From Antedon mediterranea (lineage: Eukaryota; Animalia; Echinodermata), in the NCBI RefSeq assembly GCF_964355755.1, contig NC_092671.1, positions 16,120,001 to 16,184,000 on the forward strand: a stretch of DNA of 64,000 bases, written 5' to 3'. The position numbers and the translations under genes are program-made. Below the pieces are notes generated by a model that did no database searches, had not been told where the DNA came from, and saw only the letters and a program-made list of their open reading frames with translations. Below are positions 38,537 through 53,500 of the stretch, piece by piece (position 1 is the stretch's first letter; the number at the start of each line of letters is the position of its first letter).

Positions 38537-41500
38537 ATGGGTGACCCGACATCATCTTCGATGACTGAGTATGACTACTTAATTAAATTCTTAGCACTTG
38601 GTGACTCCGGAGTTGGAAAGACAAGTTTTCTGTACCAATACACAGATTCAACTTTTAATAACAAGTTTATATCAACAGTAGGGATTGACTTTCGGGAGAA
38701 ACGAGTTGTAAGTTGAATATATTATATATTATTATTATTCCTGTCCACCCAGGCAGCACTTGCCAGCTTTATACTCTGACTTTATCCAAATTCCTTCACT
38801 TGCACTGATGAAGGGCTAGTGTTGCCCGAAAGCTCTGCTAACTTTTCTGGCTGTTTACTTTATCGTTTTGATTTAGCTTTTCGCTTTTTATTTTTGTATC
38901 TCCATTGAGATCCAGCCACTGATACCCACAGCATTGTCATTTTTTCAGTAATTTGCCTTTGGATTTATATATTATATTATGTTATACATTGTATGTCAAA
39001 TAGTGCACAAAAATTGGGACAGGAGGAGAGCTTATTCCTTAGGGTGGGCTTATTCCAGAGCAGTATTAAGTATGCTTGGGTAATAGATTAATTTTACTGA
39101 TCTAATAAAATGAAAAAGGTAATGAATTTAATTTATCTCTAATAATATTGAGTTATGAAGTGCATCACCAAAGTACACCTTTGCACCTTGTGTTATGAAA
39201 TGTGGTAGATATTAACAACAGTAATAATGTTAATACTCTAACAATTAAATGTATTTAAACGTTGTTATGTCATTACATCATGCATGCACTGTAGGAATTA
39301 GTTTAGTAATTATGTAGGAATTTGTCTAAACAAATTCTTTCATGATTCTATTGAGGTTAAACAGTAATAAAACAGTAAATATAATTATGATAAATTCCTC
39401 TCCATAAGGTTTTTCAGGTGATATTACAGTATTTTGAATGTTTACAGTACTTGGTCACATGCTGTCTTGCTCTCTTATTCTAAATAGCACACAGGGTTTA
39501 TAGTTAGTCATTTGTAGGGGTGAATTAATATTATTGCTATCTTTTCATTTATAGATGCACAGGCCAAAAGGATCAGACAGTACAGCTAGAGGTCAAAGAG
39601 TTCATCTACAATTATGGGATACCGCCGGACAAGAAAGGTACAATTATAAGCAATCTTTTTATAATGCTGAGTTTTGTATCTATTTATCTAACGTTCATAG
39701 AATTATTGTCATTGTTGTTCCTTTGTGTTGTTTAACCCCATGCCATTAATTCTGGAATGCGTTCATGAGGAGATCAAAAGGAGTTTTAAACTCCTTTTGA
39801 TGTGTATCAATGCAACTGATTTTATTTAGTGTCATCCCTAAAATTTATAATAATCTTTTATACACTTACATAGTTTATAGTTTATTTGTGCCTAGCTTAC
39901 CTGGATAAACTAACAATAGCCCATGCTCTCCCGAGAGAAGACTATGATTTTATATTATTTAGAATATTTGGTGTTATTGTGTTTCTTTCCTTTCCATTTT
40001 TGATATACAGTAGATGTATTGGTATTTATTCTCTTTGTTGCAGGTTCCGTAGTTTAACAACAGCTTTTTTTCGAGATGCCATGGGATTCATCTTGATATT
40101 TGATTTGACAAATGAGCAATCGTTTCTAAACATACGTAACTGGATGACGCAACTTCAAATGCATGCTTATTGCGAAAATCCAGATATTGTTTTGTGTGGT
40201 AACAAAGCTGACCTTGAAGACCAAAGAATTGTTAGTGATGAAAAGGCAAAAGAAATGGCAGAGAAATTTGGGTAAGTGTAACCTTTGGATGGATCTTGAA
40301 AGACTGATTCAAGAAATTGTATTTGTATTTTCTCCACTTAAAATGGACAATTTTCATGTGAATCCATGTTGACATGTCAAGGTAGGTTGTGCTGTGTGGC
40401 TGATTCCTTTTATTCTATTTTTGTGCTTGTTGTCTGTGGTTTCTTGTAAAGAAGCTCCTACTGATATTGTCTCTTCTGTTCTACTGGGTGCATTATGGTT
40501 TAATATAATAGTATTTTCCGTAGGGTACAAGCAGTGGTGTAATGCAGAGACCTGAGGCCCCTGGGTTAGAGACCCAAAGTAGCCCTCTAACCTGGGGCAT
40601 TTTAATGCCTGTTGGTTCCTTTGGGCTCTGCTCAAGTGCCCTTCCCTCCAAAAGCTCTGGGTCTCCGGGGTTAACCATTGGGAATAGCTGTTATGCCACT
40701 GGGTACAAGATGGATATTGAAATAATTATTTCTTAGTAATATCAAGTTATAGTGCCTTTGGTTGAAATTTCATGTTGACAATTAAGACATACAGTAACAT
40801 ATACATGTCTGATATAAGACATAGGACAAATTTTTTGTGTTACATTTTTTAGAGAGCAATAAGATAGTAGATATTGTTTTTTTTTTACTACAATAAATTG
40901 AAAATAATAAATAGCATTGAATAAAAAGACAATATCATTGTCATGAAATAGAATTAACAAATCATTGATACAGCATTTCTGTAATTTGAAATTGTACTTT
41001 AAATATTACTGGAACAAAATTCCTTGTTCATGTCTTAAAATGATGATTTCCATGTATACAATTATATGTTGAATTTGTTGACACTTTGGTCCTCTGAGGA
41101 TCAAATTCTATCAGCGCGATGGGTATAGTGTAATGTAATCAACCAGTCTGTATGAAAGACAGCTTCCAATCGCACATTAATGTGGCACTTATTATACTAA
41201 GAAAGCAACAGAGTGGAACGTACATCTGCACATGCTCAAATGTGATTAAATGTTTATAACAGGGAAAAAGTAAATTGTCGTTGTAAAGTCATGGTATTAT
41301 CATATAAATCTTTATTCACATTTTTCTGTAAAACAAACAAATCACAATTATATGCTTAACACGATGACTAATCCCTATTTATCTGTATTGAGGGACACTT
41401 TCTTGGGTTCTTAAAGGTGTCCCCTTAATAGAGGTCCTACAGTAGGCCTATTCCTATTCATAGTGCAAAATTGAAAGCTTCTCTTTGAACGAATTTGAAG

Positions 41501-42575
41501 TGAATTATCCAGATTAATTAATTTTAATTTTTTTTTCATATATTTCAAAAAATCTAAATCATTTAAATTTCTTCCTGAGATTTATCAATACAATTACAAT
41601 TTTAAATTTAAAACCTACAAGCCATAAATGTTAATTACTATCCTAAAGTAACATTTTATCTAGTGAAAGTAATAAGAGTCTTAAAAATAATATTGATTAG
41701 TCAGATGAATTTACTAATGACCAATGCAACATAAATTGAATTTTGACATTACTGTAATGAGTTTTGTAAAACTTTGCTAAAAAATGCAATGATAATTGAA
41801 GTAAGTTTCATCCCTGCGTAAAAAAAAGGTGTTTGGTTGTGTGCGGAACTGCTAAAGGCCAACTCAGACAGCGTCGTACGACGAGGCCCGACGAATTGGC
41901 TTGACTCATAGGTGCTGTCTGAGTTGAATCCGGACGAGACGAGTCGTCTTGAGATAGTGTCGGGCGTAGTCTTTAGGTTGTCGCAAGAACTTTAAACATG
42001 TTTAATTTTCTCCAGACGAGATGACTCGTTCGGCCTCATCGTGCAACGCTGTCTGAGTTGGCCTTAATAATGATCTAATGATTTTTCGTTTATTTTTTTA
42101 ATAAATAAATAGCTTGTCTATTTTTTGGTCGTCTTCTCTCATTATCGTTTATACTGTTAAACTTGAACTATTATTTTGTAAAACCAATTCTTAAATTATA
42201 TAAGTAATTTGGGGTCTCTAACATCCAAAACTTCTGGTTTCCTGAGACCCCATTTCATCATTTTCTTGAATCATTGTACATACTATTATTTTATTTGTGA
42301 TTTGATGAATAAATGTATTTTTATTTGTACAGTAGTATAAAAATATATAATATTTGTTGTTTTTCTCTCTCTTCAGTTTACCATATTTTGAAACAAGTGC
42401 AAAAACTGGTCACAATATATCCAAAGCAATTGAGTGTCTCTTGGACAATGTCATGTTGCGGATGGAGAGAAGTGTAGATAAGAATCAGTTTCCAAATTTT
42501 GTAGCGAAAAACGGCAAAAACGTACCAATGGATTTTGAAGATCCTGTAGATTCAAGAAGCGCTTGTGCATGTTAG
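38537..42575 (+). CDS. RAB27: Ras-related protein Rab-27
   Basis: Exons 38537-38707, 39555-39637, 40044-40271, 42377-42575. [92 protein letters not shown]-terminal CAC prenylation motif. Confidence 0.97.
38738..38970 (+). mobile_element. Penelope-like element 3' end / pseudo-LTR carrying a hammerhead motif
   Basis: About 180 bp near-identical to the copies at 58822-59108; upstream codons read HLPALYSDF, resembling the C-terminus of PLE GIY-YIG ORFs; AT-rich flanks. Confidence 0.65.
38800..38841 (+). ncRNA. Minimal type I hammerhead ribozyme motif (Penelope-like-element type)
   Basis: TTGCA-CTGATGA(38805-11)-A-GGGC-TAGTGTT-GCCC-GAAA(38828-31)-GCTC-TGCTAA: intact core, 4-bp stem II, palindromic AGCT in place of stem III, short stem I. 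Confidence 0.8.
40532..40701. mobile_element. hAT-like MITE
   Basis: CAGTGG...CCACTG with a perfect 8-bp TSD GGTACAAG (40524-31, 40702-09). Confidence 0.85.
41856..42064. mobile_element. PIF/Harbinger-like MITE
   Basis: TAA|AGGCCAACTCAGACAGCGT...ACGCTGTCTGAGTTGGCCT|TAA. Confidence 0.88.
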
Positions 42576-44619
42576 ATTGAGATAACGAGAACATAAAGTA
42601 GCTTTTGATTTGTGATGACCTACAGACAAACTACGCATATTGTGGTGTTGATCATTGTTTGCCCCTAGAATCCATCAAAACTGTTGTGTAATCGAGCGAG
42701 GAAACATATCACAGTTCCTAGGTACTTGGTTTTTGTAAAACAAAAGCTTCTTATTACTATCCACCGTTACAACTCAAATACCTGGATGTACACACCACGA
42801 TTTATACAACCATACCTGACCCAACAGTAGTTTACTCCCATGCTAAAGTATAACCCCAAACTTCTAATTTCAGTAGCTGATTCTTGGTACTGTAATGTAT
42901 GTGTCATTTTTCCGGTATCAAAGGACAATTCTGTATGTATGTGTCACAAGTGACTCCTGTATCATATAGCCTATTAATTTAATATATTGGAATATAATCT
43001 ACCTTCTAATTCTTGCTAAATGTGATTTCTTGGCTCCATTTACATTATATATTTGTTATTGTACACAACTGATTACATTTCTTCTACATTTTCCTACAAA
43101 TACTGTAAAATATCGGACAAGAAAAATTAAAATTAAGTTTTCTTTGCCTATATTTACACCAAATTGTTGGAAACTAATTTTTATTGAATGAGAAATCTTT
43201 CCTTTTTCCATGATTGGACAAATATAAGTTTATATAGATATTGTTTTTAGTGTGAAATGTTAGTAGATGAGGTTGAGCATAACCTCTTAAAATTGCAACA
43301 ATTATTCTTTCTGGTTTTATAAAATATTTTTTCTTTTTATATCAAATTAAAATTTGGACAGTACTTTTTTTACTGTTTCCAAAAAGTTATTTCAAAATTG
43401 ACAACACGAGATATTGTATTATAGGCTTTTGTAATGAACTTTGCTTATTTAAAATTGGGAAGATTTATGGTACTACGATTGATTATAATAGGGAGCTATC
43501 GATTTTGATACTCGACATCCAGACTGCAAAACCAATAGAGCGTTTTGAGTTATGTGATGAGAAATCATAAAGCTTCCTATTTTAATTTGTTTAAATATTA
43601 CCATTTTTATATTAATGCAATTGTATATTTAAAAGTTATTCATTGATTCATTCAATTTTTTAATGTATTTTTCCATGCATTTCAATACGCTTTTTCTGCA
43701 TGTTGTGCGTTTAGGAAAACACAAATGGTGCAGTTTCCAAGCTATGGTTTTTAAGCCTTAAATCACATTTTATAATTTGAACTAAAAAACTTTTTTGAAG
43801 ACAAAAACTAACATTCCTTGTTTACATATTATTTAATAATACAATTTTTTTTTCATAACATTTTAAAACAACAAGGCAGTAAACAATATATATTGATATT
43901 AAGGTGAGGCCATGAAAACAGTATAAGTAAATTAAGTTACAAAAAAGAAAGCAAAAACAATGGATTACTTTATGCATTCTATGTATATATAATGTATTAC
44001 TGTTACGTAGAGGCTCCGACCGATTCTTGATTGTAATCGCAGCGCTGGTATTTCATTGTTAATATTTTACCTAATCAATTACACTTCTGCATCTTCTTTA
44101 ATTCTAATACTTCATCTTTCTTGCACGTCTTATTATATAATCTCGTTAGCAAGTTTGACCTGCTATTCGTTCTTTGTTGCCCACGTGCGATTGGTGACGG
44201 AAAGAAAAACAGGAGCCAGATAGGATTGATTTTAGCATGTGTTTTTTTAAGCCATCATTGTGCTATCGACGGTTTTGTGTACACAGTTGCTTCATGGCAT
44301 ATTCTCTATTTGACCTCATTATCCATAATTGATTTACCAATGTTATAATATATTTTGACGGTAAATATTTTAAGCTCCTCTTGGAAAACATGTATTGCAT
44401 ATAATATCTGTCGTCATGTCGTACAGGTACGCGTGGGTTGTTTGGATATTTTTTTCTCATAATTGGACTTGAATAGATTATTCAAACGACATAGTGGACG
44501 ATAACGAAACTTTTTCCTTACAATAAACAGTATTCATAACAGTAAATTTTACAGCAAAAGATTTCACAGCTGTACATCAATCGCTGTTTATTTATAAACA
44601 TTTATACTTGATATATTAG

Positions 44620-45330
44620 GTAAGCTATGGCAATAAACCTATTGTTGTCCCAGTCGAATTGAACATACTGTATTCTTAAAATTTATATGAAATTAATGCA
44701 TCTTTATTATGATTTAAAATGATGTATTTGATTCAGAAGGGACTTGTAACTCATACACGCCTTCTTAAGTATGTTATACTCGCATGCCATATGTTATGTC
44801 ATTAAGCGTTTTCTTAGCTTAGGCTAGCGTATGTAATGCCCGAATGGCTTGAGAGGATGACATTTAACGTTTTTCTTTTTCGAATTGAAGAAGAATCGAC
44901 AGAATGGGTTTTTCTGATAGAAATACTCGCAATGGCTGTTTTATATAAATATATTACTTTCAATTTAGTTGGTTTATCTTCAGGGCGTTCAAAAAGATAT
45001 TACAGTAATTTATTCAATATTCCGTAAATCATTGAAGCTTCTTGCTAGCAAAATATTAATAATCAGAAACATTATATAACGCTTAGTGTTACCAAGGGCA
45101 TATGAGGAGCCATTTTAATAACTGCCAGTAAATCTACAATTACCTTCAGGATTGATAGCAATTTGAAATGATTAAGAAGTCAAATTTCTCTCTAAACAAA
45201 ATTATCTTTCATTTTACGGAGATTTGAAGAACGTGAGCATTAGTCAAATCCAAATTAAGTTACTAATAATGGTAAAAATAGGTGATTTAAAATCATTACC
45301 ACAAAACAGGGTGTTAAATAAGGTATAATT
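44620..45330 (+). pseudogene. Heavily decayed non-LTR retrotransposon remnant (L2/CR1-like EN/RT)
   Basis: Fragments resembling RT motifs (SVTKGI..GAIL near 45083; KQGVK*G near 45303) with many stops and frameshifts. Confidence 0.35.
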
Positions 45331-48300
45331 AAACTCTTTTCACCTTTTAATGTAATGTTAATGTCATGAGTGATAAATGTCAAAGTTTAAGTAGTCATAC
45401 ATGCATTTATGTACACTGCAGTATTGATTAATATTATTACAATGTATTGTGTATTTTTTGTGCAAATGCTTAAAAGATATTTAAATATGCAATTTAATTT
45501 CGAAATTTATATTTCTACACAAATAATTTTTAATGTAATCACTATTGACATTTTGTTTCTTTAAAACACATGAGTTATTTGAATCAATAATTGATTTTTT
45601 CTTTTTTCTTATTACAAGTTTTGAGATGTTGGTCTATGAATCTTATATTATGTATTGTAAATATAGTAGTGAATTTAAAGCAAATGCGTTAAAGATGACA
45701 TAAAAACTGTCATGGCAGATGACAAAGATAAGACAATAACATAGTATACTGTATAAATATGTAACATTGGTATGGGATCAAAGGGCATTATATTGATTTA
45801 TTAAGAAAACTGTTGTTAGTACATACATCCATTATATGGAACAGAAACATGTGTGAAATGAGTTTGCACTGAATAAAGAACACCTGGATTAGGCAATGCA
45901 TTATGGTGCATCGCTATACAAGATACACAGTAACTTGGTAATTTTACAGGTATAACTTCTTGCATAATTCACTGTTATAACAAGTCATTTGCAATTAATT
46001 CTTGTATTTACTGTGAGAACGTTCGTTTATCGACTCTATATAAAAACGAGTTATTGTTATTAAACAAAAAGGTTTTTTTAAAGTTTTACATTAGTATATT
46101 GGATGAACCTGGGAAATAGAAATTTATTCTATGCTGCAATGATCAGAATAGAATTTACAGACAAACTATGGGTTCTACTCAGCCCTTGCTTGTTTTTTCT
46201 TTTTGTCTCATTGCATCTGTGTTATTTATAAGTCAATTCAAGTTTGCGATTTAGTGCCTTCTGGTTGTTAAACCCCTTTGTAACAACTCAAATTAATTCA
46301 ACAAATAATACAGCTCTTATTTCTATGTACCAATGCAAAGATTATGAATGTAATATGGGAGATAGTCGGATTTATAAATCAATATAATATTGATTTAAAT
46401 CAATATATATTATATTAATGTGATAACTGAAACTTAGATATGTAATATTTAATGTTTTATCATGTCTTGTATAAATTGAATTGAGTTTGCTATATTTGTA
46501 AATTTTGCTCTTGGTGTAAATATGGTGGTTATATTATTTTGTTTACTGTATTTGATTTTCCAAAATATCAATACATATATATATATATTAGATATATTAT
46601 AGATAATTAGATAAATGATTATCAATTTTGTGGTGGTTTAAATTATAACAAATATTTCTAAAGCTTGTTTTTTTTATATATATAAAGATGAACTAGTAAT
46701 TAAATGAATATATGATATTATTAAAATGTATGATTATTTAGGGTACACTAATATTATTAATATGTATATTTGGGATTTAGGAACATAAATATTTATATTA
46801 TAAAAATACTGTGTACTGTATAGATACTGTATAAGAAATGTCAATGGCGTTCGCTGATTTGAACTCCTTTGAACTGAAACTACCTGGGAATTCCCTGACT
46901 ATAATAATTATATTGAAAAGGGTGCATATGTATACTATAACAGTGTATTCATGTATGTAGAGTAAATTGTTCATGTCTATTCTATGGTGGATAACATAGT
47001 ACTATCAAGGGTGGGTCAAGTGAAGGTGAAATTTGTAATTAATTGTGATGAGAATGTTTGAATAGGGTGAATATACAACTGTACTATATACATGTATAGC
47101 GGATACTTATTCTATTCTATGGTGGATAACATAGTACTATTAAAGGTAGATTTTGTAATATATACAGTATTTATTATGATTTAAAAACCTGGGAACATTA
47201 CAACCCAAACAATTCCTTCTGTCTGATGGAAGCAGTTAAATACCTCCTGGTCCTATGTAAACGATACCTGATAGATCGAGGCTTATCTGACAGATACTCT
47301 CTTACTTGCTTAATACAGTATATGGTGGATATTCTTGGCAGACATAGATTGATTAATTTGGATATTAAAAATTGTAAATACTGGATTTTGAATAAATCTA
47401 TCGTTATTGGATACTATCTTCATCACCATGGTGAATAACGATGGTCTTTCTATATATTAATGGTGAAATTAGATATACATGTTTTGTATCTGATACATAC
47501 TCTGCATTAAAATAGCAGTATTGGTGGACTCTGGCCAGTAGAGAGGAGTGTGCACTGTATGTTATAAGCATTACAGTGTACAGTCAATGTAATAGAACTA
47601 GGTAATGTGTAATACGGTTAATCAATTATTTAACATAGATTGGTGTAAATGATATACTAAAGATACACAACTAATGTTACTACTATATGGGACTCAATAA
47701 TTAACTGAATAATAAAAATGATAAATAATTTATCATGAATTGGAAATAGACATGTTAAAATACTTTGTCTGTAAGGCTAATTATCTTAAACTAAAACAGT
47801 ATGGGAAACAAACAAGGAAATATAATGATTTAATATTACAGAATATAAATTAATGTATTGATTCATGCCTTTTAATATACATACAGTATTTTTGACGTTA
47901 TTTTATTATTATGATATGATATTGTCTTGTGTCATTTTTATGGTAATTTAATATTCAATATTTCAGTGAATTTAATAGTATAATATTTTGTCAACTGTTT
48001 ATTGATCAAAATACTTGTTGACATTGACTTTTATGTATTATGTGGAAGATCCCACCGTCCCAGGTGCTTTAACTCACACCAATTAATACCTGGAACATAC
48101 CACCTTAATTATTTATAAAGTCTCTGGTTTCTTCTTTTTTTTTCTTGCCTGAATATTAGATCTGTTTATATCATTCAATAAAGTGTTTATTCAAAGATGG
48201 TTCTAAGCATTTCAGAAAATGATGTTTGTATACTTCTATGTGCAACTTTTAAATTCAAGTTGTTATTTAGTATATTATATAAACTGCTTCTTGGAGTTAA

Positions 48301-48397
48301 ATGAAGTTGTATTGTTGAGTTATTTTGTGTGTTTGCTGTATTTGAACAAGGCAACAATAGGACACTTAGTTTGACTTGCCAAAAAAATAGGGAACGC

Positions 48398-48712
48398 GTA
48401 ACAGTCCTTTGATCTTATGTCTGGCTGCGACAAATTCCAACAGTACTGTACTATGTACATATTCTCTGTGGCGCGCTATGTCTGTTAAGGGGTGTGGAAC
48501 TGATTGTGTTGCAGCTACAGATAAATTTTAACAAGCAATCTAACGGGATACTGAGCTCGCCTTGCAAAGATAGTAACAGTCCTTTGATCTTACAGTATGT
48601 CTGGCTGCAACAAACACAAACAGTACTAGGTACATATTCTCCGCAGCGTGCGGTGTCTGTTAAAGGGTGTGGAACTAATTGTCTTGCCGCCAGATAAACT
48701 CTTTGATCTTCG
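48398..48712. repeat. Diverged direct repeat, ~175-bp spacing
   Basis: gtaacagtcctttgatctta..tgtctggctgc..gtctgttaa.gggtgtggaact at about 48398 and 48573. Confidence 0.7.
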
Positions 48713-49153
48713 GAACTCAGCATCCTGTTGTTAGAATGCCTTGATTTGAACTTCATAGACCTTTTAAGTTCGAAATAGCAATTTAGTTGTTTTAAAACAT
48801 CAACTTAAAGCAGAATTTTGAACTGCAGAGGCTCTGTTTTACTCAACTAATGACAGATTGAGAAGCTGATTCTGGTATTTAACTATGCCAAGGCTTGAGC
48901 TGGAATCACAAAAATAAAAAAGCGCCTGCTTGTGAGCAACTTTTTTTCTGGTTTCTTGTATTAAAGGAGTGAAATAAACTTCAAATTATTTTTACTGTTC
49001 AATGAAGTACAATTAATAAACACATTTATACACTTACTGTTCAGTTTATTTAGAAAAAATATAAATGGTAACATACTGTACTACAACAAAGATGAACATC
49101 TAATGTGTAGAGGATGTTAACAATTGAGTGTTAAATGAGTGCATCTTGGTTAA

Positions 49154-49313
49154 AGCGTGGTTCCTACTAGCGACGCAACACAAGGACGTAACGCAACGCA
49201 AGTGAATTGACCAATCACAAGCGATGGCTTATTCGCTTGTGATTGCTAACTGTCTATAACTTCGCTTGTCATTGGTTAAAACGCTTGCGTTACGTTCAAG
49301 TGGGAACCAAGCT
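49154..49313. mobile_element. PIF/Harbinger-like MITE
   Basis: TAA|AGCGTGGTTCC...GGAACCAAGCT|TAA. Confidence 0.75.
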
Positions 49314-49426
49314 TAACTATATTCCATCTAATACATTGTAGATATTTACATGCACTATTATTTACATAATACATTTCTTATTTTGTGTAAAAGCAGTTAG
49401 AAATGTTTGTATTAAGAGGTCTATAA

Positions 49427-49566
49427 AGCTCTGTCTACACTATCAAACTTTATGTGACAACAAAATGTGATATTCCCAAATATGGTAGTGATATGACATC
49501 ATCATGTCCATATATGGGCACATCACATTTTTTTGTCACATAAAGTCTGATAGTGTAGACAGAGCA
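49427..49566. mobile_element. MITE family A copy
   Basis: Full TIRs, TAA flanks. Confidence 0.85.
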
Positions 49567-50509
49567 TAAGACAATTATTTTTATTGTTTAGATAAACATT
49601 TTTAGCACACATTTCATTAAAGATTACTGAACAAGTTGAATGACGTTCAAATCATATTGTAGGTCACGGCGGGGGTCAAACTATTAAAGCCCTAAGTTAC
49701 AGTACAGAATGTTCTTTACTATATATTATACTGTAATGGCAATTTCCTGATTATATGTTATTTTCTCTTTTACCATAAATTACATATATACAAAGCCATG
49801 ACATTCCATGTAAATAAAATTTGTTGATATCAAATTTGCAGTACACCATGTATGTAGTTCTGAAAAGAACTGTTTAGTTTCTCACGGTTTCGATCAATAA
49901 CTTTGATCGTCCTCAGGAATGAGAATTCAGAAAGTTCAGGAAACTCAGACTATAAGTGAAATTAGGTGGGACCAATGTGAAAGCTAAAAACAATTGACAG
50001 TGGAAGGGATTGGAACTAGCTATAAAAGAGAATTGTTTCTCATAGACAGAGTTATATATATGTGGTATGCCGCAAACTTTATATCAACATATCGCCATGC
50101 AAACCTTCAAACAATATAAATTTCTCAATATATAATATATCAATTATAGTTTCTTGAAACATAAAGCAAATATATTACTCTATACTTAGAACTAAACTGT
50201 TTTAATATTGCAATATAGTCTTAAATTAGAAATATATTTCATTATTTTAATATTCTAAAGTAAATGTAATGTAATGTCATTGTTTTAAAACAGGTACTGA
50301 ATATTGTTATTATTAATGTACTTTTGTTTGTTTGGATATAAAGATATTATAATAATAATAATAAATTAACCCTTTAATAATAATTATATGACAATGACAA
50401 ATTTATATGTAACAGAAACAGATACAAAGTATATCATCAGCTGGGCTTATAAAATACATCAAATGTTATGTATGATCAAAGTCAAATTATCAACCCATAA
50501 AAGAACACT

Positions 50510-53500
50510 TTACAATGGTTTCATAAGTTTCAAAATACAAGATTTGAGTATTGTAGTTTCTTGAGTTTGTGCTGAGGCAATGTCTCTTGCAATGCTTTCA
50601 TCCCATTGAAAGTGTAGCATAGCTGCTGGGGCCTGGAAGAGAAAATGTTGATATAAATAATGCTTCTGTTGACCAACTATCCCTACCATAAGTAAATAAT
50701 AATAATAGTAATCTTATATAATGCCTACTACAATGTTTCTAAGCGCTTTACACCCAAAAAATATCCATAAAATATCTTAAGATAACCAAAAAAGAAGAAA
50801 AGTAGAGGAACCATTTACACTGCTCTATTCTCCATCACTTTGAAGTTCCCATATGAGAGCTCGCCAGAACAGTATTTACAGGATTAATAATAGTGTAATT
50901 AAACTGATTATAATCAATTTACCAAAGGACTAGGTATATTTTGTGCTTATCATGGCCTCTAATTGGTAGAATGTCTATCTATCTTTATGCTTCATCTTCA
51001 TTAGACAAGACCTTGTGTAGTTTAGTATATTTTTCAAATCTTGTATCATTTTAGTCCATATTTAGTTTTTATTGGAAGAATAAATAAGTTAGTTGATTAG
51101 TTATTTAAATTAGTGTCTGGGCCATAGCTAAGCCAGTGAGGCAGTGAGGTGGTCACCTCGTCTGAAATATTCACCACACATCCACTGGTGGTACAGGTCG
51201 TATAATTTATATTAATCATTATATTTGAAACATCTTTGTCTTAAGCTCTGTCTACACTATCAAACTAGTTTGACAAAAAAGGTGTGATGTGCACAAATAT
51301 GGTAGTGATATTCCTAAATATGATAGTGATATGACATTATCATGTCCATATATGGGCACATAACATTTTGTTGTCAAGTTTGATAGTGTAGACAGAAGAC
51401 CAAACTTAACACTTACAAGTTGTAACTCAGCAAGCATTGAAGTTTCTTCAGTGAGTTTTTGCCTCGTTTGTGTGACTAGATAAAATGGCTGCCAATCGTT
51501 TACAAGACATTCTCTTACAAATTCTGTCAACGATGATAATTTATCTCTGGCATAGAAAGTACCTGAAACATGATGTAACAAATTCATATATTTGTTGTGA
51601 TATCTGCTCTTATTTGGTTTATTTACATTTTAGTACACAATAGTAACAGCAAGAATAACTAAATATCAATATTGTTCATATTATTGTACAGTATGATAGC
51701 TCCTTAGAAATCGTGAATATTTCTGTAGGGCACATGTTCGAATTACCAAAATAGTAAATGAGTAGGTTTGCCACAAGGCGTGACATGTGACGATCTGTGT
51801 CGAGGCATAGCCTAGCAACGTATTAGTTTGGAGATAGTAGGAAACTCGGCTGTCAATGTAATAAACTTATATATTCATTAAAATATAATTATCAAATTAA
51901 TAATTTATATCTTGGCTATAGTGCCAAGAGCAGTTTATAAGATTAAATATTTCCATCTTTTGATATAAAGATTAAGCTAATTATAAATCATTGCTTCACT
52001 GCATAGGTCTAATGTTAATCATTGTGTTATAGCTGGATTATAACGTTTATTTCATTCAGTCTGATGAGAACCTAGGGATTGGTAGACAAAGAACGAATGT
52101 TTATGAACCTAGGGATTGATATACAAAGAACGAATGTTTATGAACCTAGGGATTGATATACAAAGAATGAATGTTTATGAACCTAGGGATTGATATACAA
52201 AGAACGAATGTTTATGAACCTAGGGATTGATATACAAAGAACGAATGTTTATGAACCTAGGGATTGATATACAAAGAACGAATGTTTATGAACATAGGGA
52301 TTGATATACAAAGAACGAATGTTTATGAACCTAGGGATTGATATACAAAGAATGAATGTTTATGAACCTAGGGATAGATATACAAAGAATGAATGTTTAT
52401 GAACCTAGGGATTGACATACAAAGAACGAATGTTTATGAACCTAGGGATTGATATACAAAGAATGAATGTTTATGAACCTAGGGATTGATATACAAAGAA
52501 TGAATGTTTATGAACCTAGGGATTGACATACAAAGAACGAATGTTTATGAACCTAGGGATTGATATACAAAGAATGAATGTTTATGAGTTGAATGAAGAG
52601 AATATTCTCATGAAACCGAGTCGAATAGGACAGCCAAATATTCTCCCCATTGAATAAATACAAAACATTAAATGTTTTACACACCACAAACTATTATAAA
52701 GTAAACTTTTATTCAATTCAAGATGTATTGTCCCTTTGACTAATTCCCAAAAAATTATTTTAAAAATATTTTAAAAAAAAGTGGGTCATTTTGAAGTATC
52801 ATAATAGTTATTGACTTTCACCAAAAATTTGTCTTAAAAAAAATCATTTAATTGAAATACAGACTTTTTTTGTTCAAAAAATAACTTTGACTTCCAGTCA
52901 AAGTTTTCGATCAAAACATATCTCATAATGCAACACGCTTGTTTGGCTACTCTGTATGCACAATCATAAAACTTCCTCGCAATCTGTGTGAAAACACCTT
53001 CTCAACCATGACGGGTTGTAAACACCTAATTAGCATCATGCATAATGCATACTCGTGGTTTGAAATCTTTGTTTAATTTTGTTCGCGCCGATTAATAAAT
53101 TAAATTACCTGTTAATTACGTAAACTGGTTGTTTTTGGCTCAAATTTTCGACTTAAAGTGAATAACTTTAATATTACTTTGATATGGCCAATTTAAATTT
53201 AGAATATTTTGACCTTCATTTTTTTGTGTTTCAAGGGACAATACATCTTTAATGCTTTTCCTAATATATTTCGTCATCTTGAATACAACTACCTAAAGGC
53301 GTGGCACGAAATACTGTAAATGTTATTTTAAACTAATGTACATGTGTCTTTAATATAATAAACAATAATAAACCTTTTTCATCTTGAATCAAATTTTGAA
53401 GGCTAGGCTTTGTAAAATGAGATGCAGGTTTTGGCCGTGGAATGGAGCAGTTATAGATGGCACACATTGCGCCTTATCAGCCTACTGCAGTCAAACAACA

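Noticed and set aside
52068-52587. 37-bp repeat array as a CRISPR array
   Set aside because: Units are head-to-tail with no unique spacers, no cas genes, and it lies in a eukaryotic intron
52061-52625. CTGATGA at 52061 with a later GAAAC as another hammerhead
   Set aside because: No stem II closing directly onto GAAA and no convincing stem I or III
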